Of a stretch of 64,000 nucleotides of DNA, positions 63,071-64,000 are shown piece by piece. A program made the translations under genes and the position numbers. The stretch's first letter is position 1; each line of letters starts with the position of its first letter. This DNA is from the human T2T-CHM13v2.0 reference genome, Homo sapiens. The notes below the pieces were generated by a model that saw nothing but the letters and a program-made list of their open reading frames with translations, did not search any database and was not told the DNA's origin. The stretch lies in the NCBI RefSeq assembly GCF_009914755.1, contig NC_060930.1; one strand, 5' to 3'.

Positions 63071-64000
63071 TTTCCCTTTCACCCTAAATCAGACTTAAAA
63101 AGAAATGTAAGAGTTAGTCCATTGTTTCCATTTTACGGATTAGAAAACCAAGACCACCGAGAATGAGCCTCAGTTGTTTAGTCACGGAGCACAGAGCCGT
63201 GACTAAACAACTGTGGGAAACTGGTCCCAGAAATCTAACAAAATCTGGACGGCTGATCAGCGCCTAGCGAATCACTGGAGTGGAGTAACCAGAACATTCT
63301 TTTCAAGCAGTCACTGGGTTCCTCCATACCTCTGGTAGCGCAGAGATGCCCAAGGAATATTTGTTGAATTGCTGCCTGGTTCCCTTCTCCATTCTCTGTT
63401 TCCTTCTGCTGTGGTCCTCATGTTGATTTCTCACATTTTGGCATTTCTGAGTAGAGAGTCTTTGAATAATCAGAACATCTCTTTTAGAAATCTCTAAATA
63501 AAAAAGAAATCTTACGCTTAGAGTCCGTGAATGGTCTTGAGTAAAATTCTGTATAAAATTTTTGTCTGTGTGCCTGTGTCATCCAACCCTGAAAAGATCA
63601 TTTTCCCAGTCACTTTTAACGTGCTGAACTTATCTTTTGTTTCCCCCGCTAACTATCCTTTGCAATCAGGGATTCTACTACCTTTTTCTCATTCTGCAAG
63701 GCAGTGATCTCTGCCATGCTGAGCACAGTAGGCAGTTAACATGGAGTAAGCATGACTTCTAAGTCCTTTACTGACGAGCCTTACTGTTTTGTTTGTTGTT
63801 TTGTAGATTTGCATTTGTTAATTACTACAACAGTGATAGACACTTATAAAAAAAGTCAAATATTTAAAAAGTCAACGTGGCAAGAAGTGAAGTTTCTTCA
63901 TCCTCAGTTCCATTCCTCAGAAAAATTGATGCCGAGTTTGTTGTATGTACCTCCAACCTATTTTTAAAATGTACATACAAAATTGAGTACAATATTATTA

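Overview
Human genomic DNA. From sequence recognition, this is the extended-MHC tRNA-cluster region of chr6p22. The + strand carries the complete 5-exon GPX5 gene (epididymal secretory glutathione peroxidase, Cys in place of Sec). Its CDS joins 1443-1529, 4846-4999, 7171-7288, 7714-7813 and 9354-9560 (666 nt, 221 aa). Two intact tRNA genes follow: intron-containing tRNA-Ile(UAU) at 12983-13076 (+) and tRNA-Arg(UCG) at 18507-18579 (-). Next is ~27 kb of repeat-dense intergenic DNA (L1, Alu, MaLR, ERV1 solo LTRs, hAT MITEs). The - strand carries the complete SCAND3/ZBED9 (Buster4) CDS, joining 62091-61672, 54799-54652, 51515-50023 and 49206-47290 (3978 nt, 1325 aa), with a CpG-rich promoter at the right end. 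The genes are known and no wholly new system can be claimed. The best second-look signals are: (i) a fossil SECIS hairpin in the GPX5 3'UTR; (ii) the retained left end of the parent hAT transposon in SCAND3 intron 3, with its own perfect splice donor, suggesting a stand-alone transposase transcript; (iii) two intact DDE triads plus a C4HC3 PHD-type finger in SCAND3; (iv) a GPX5 exon-3-skipped isoform predicted to escape NMD; (v) several perfect hairpins and tandem duplications. Repeat family names come from my recollection of consensus sequences, not from a search, and repeat boundaries are approximate.
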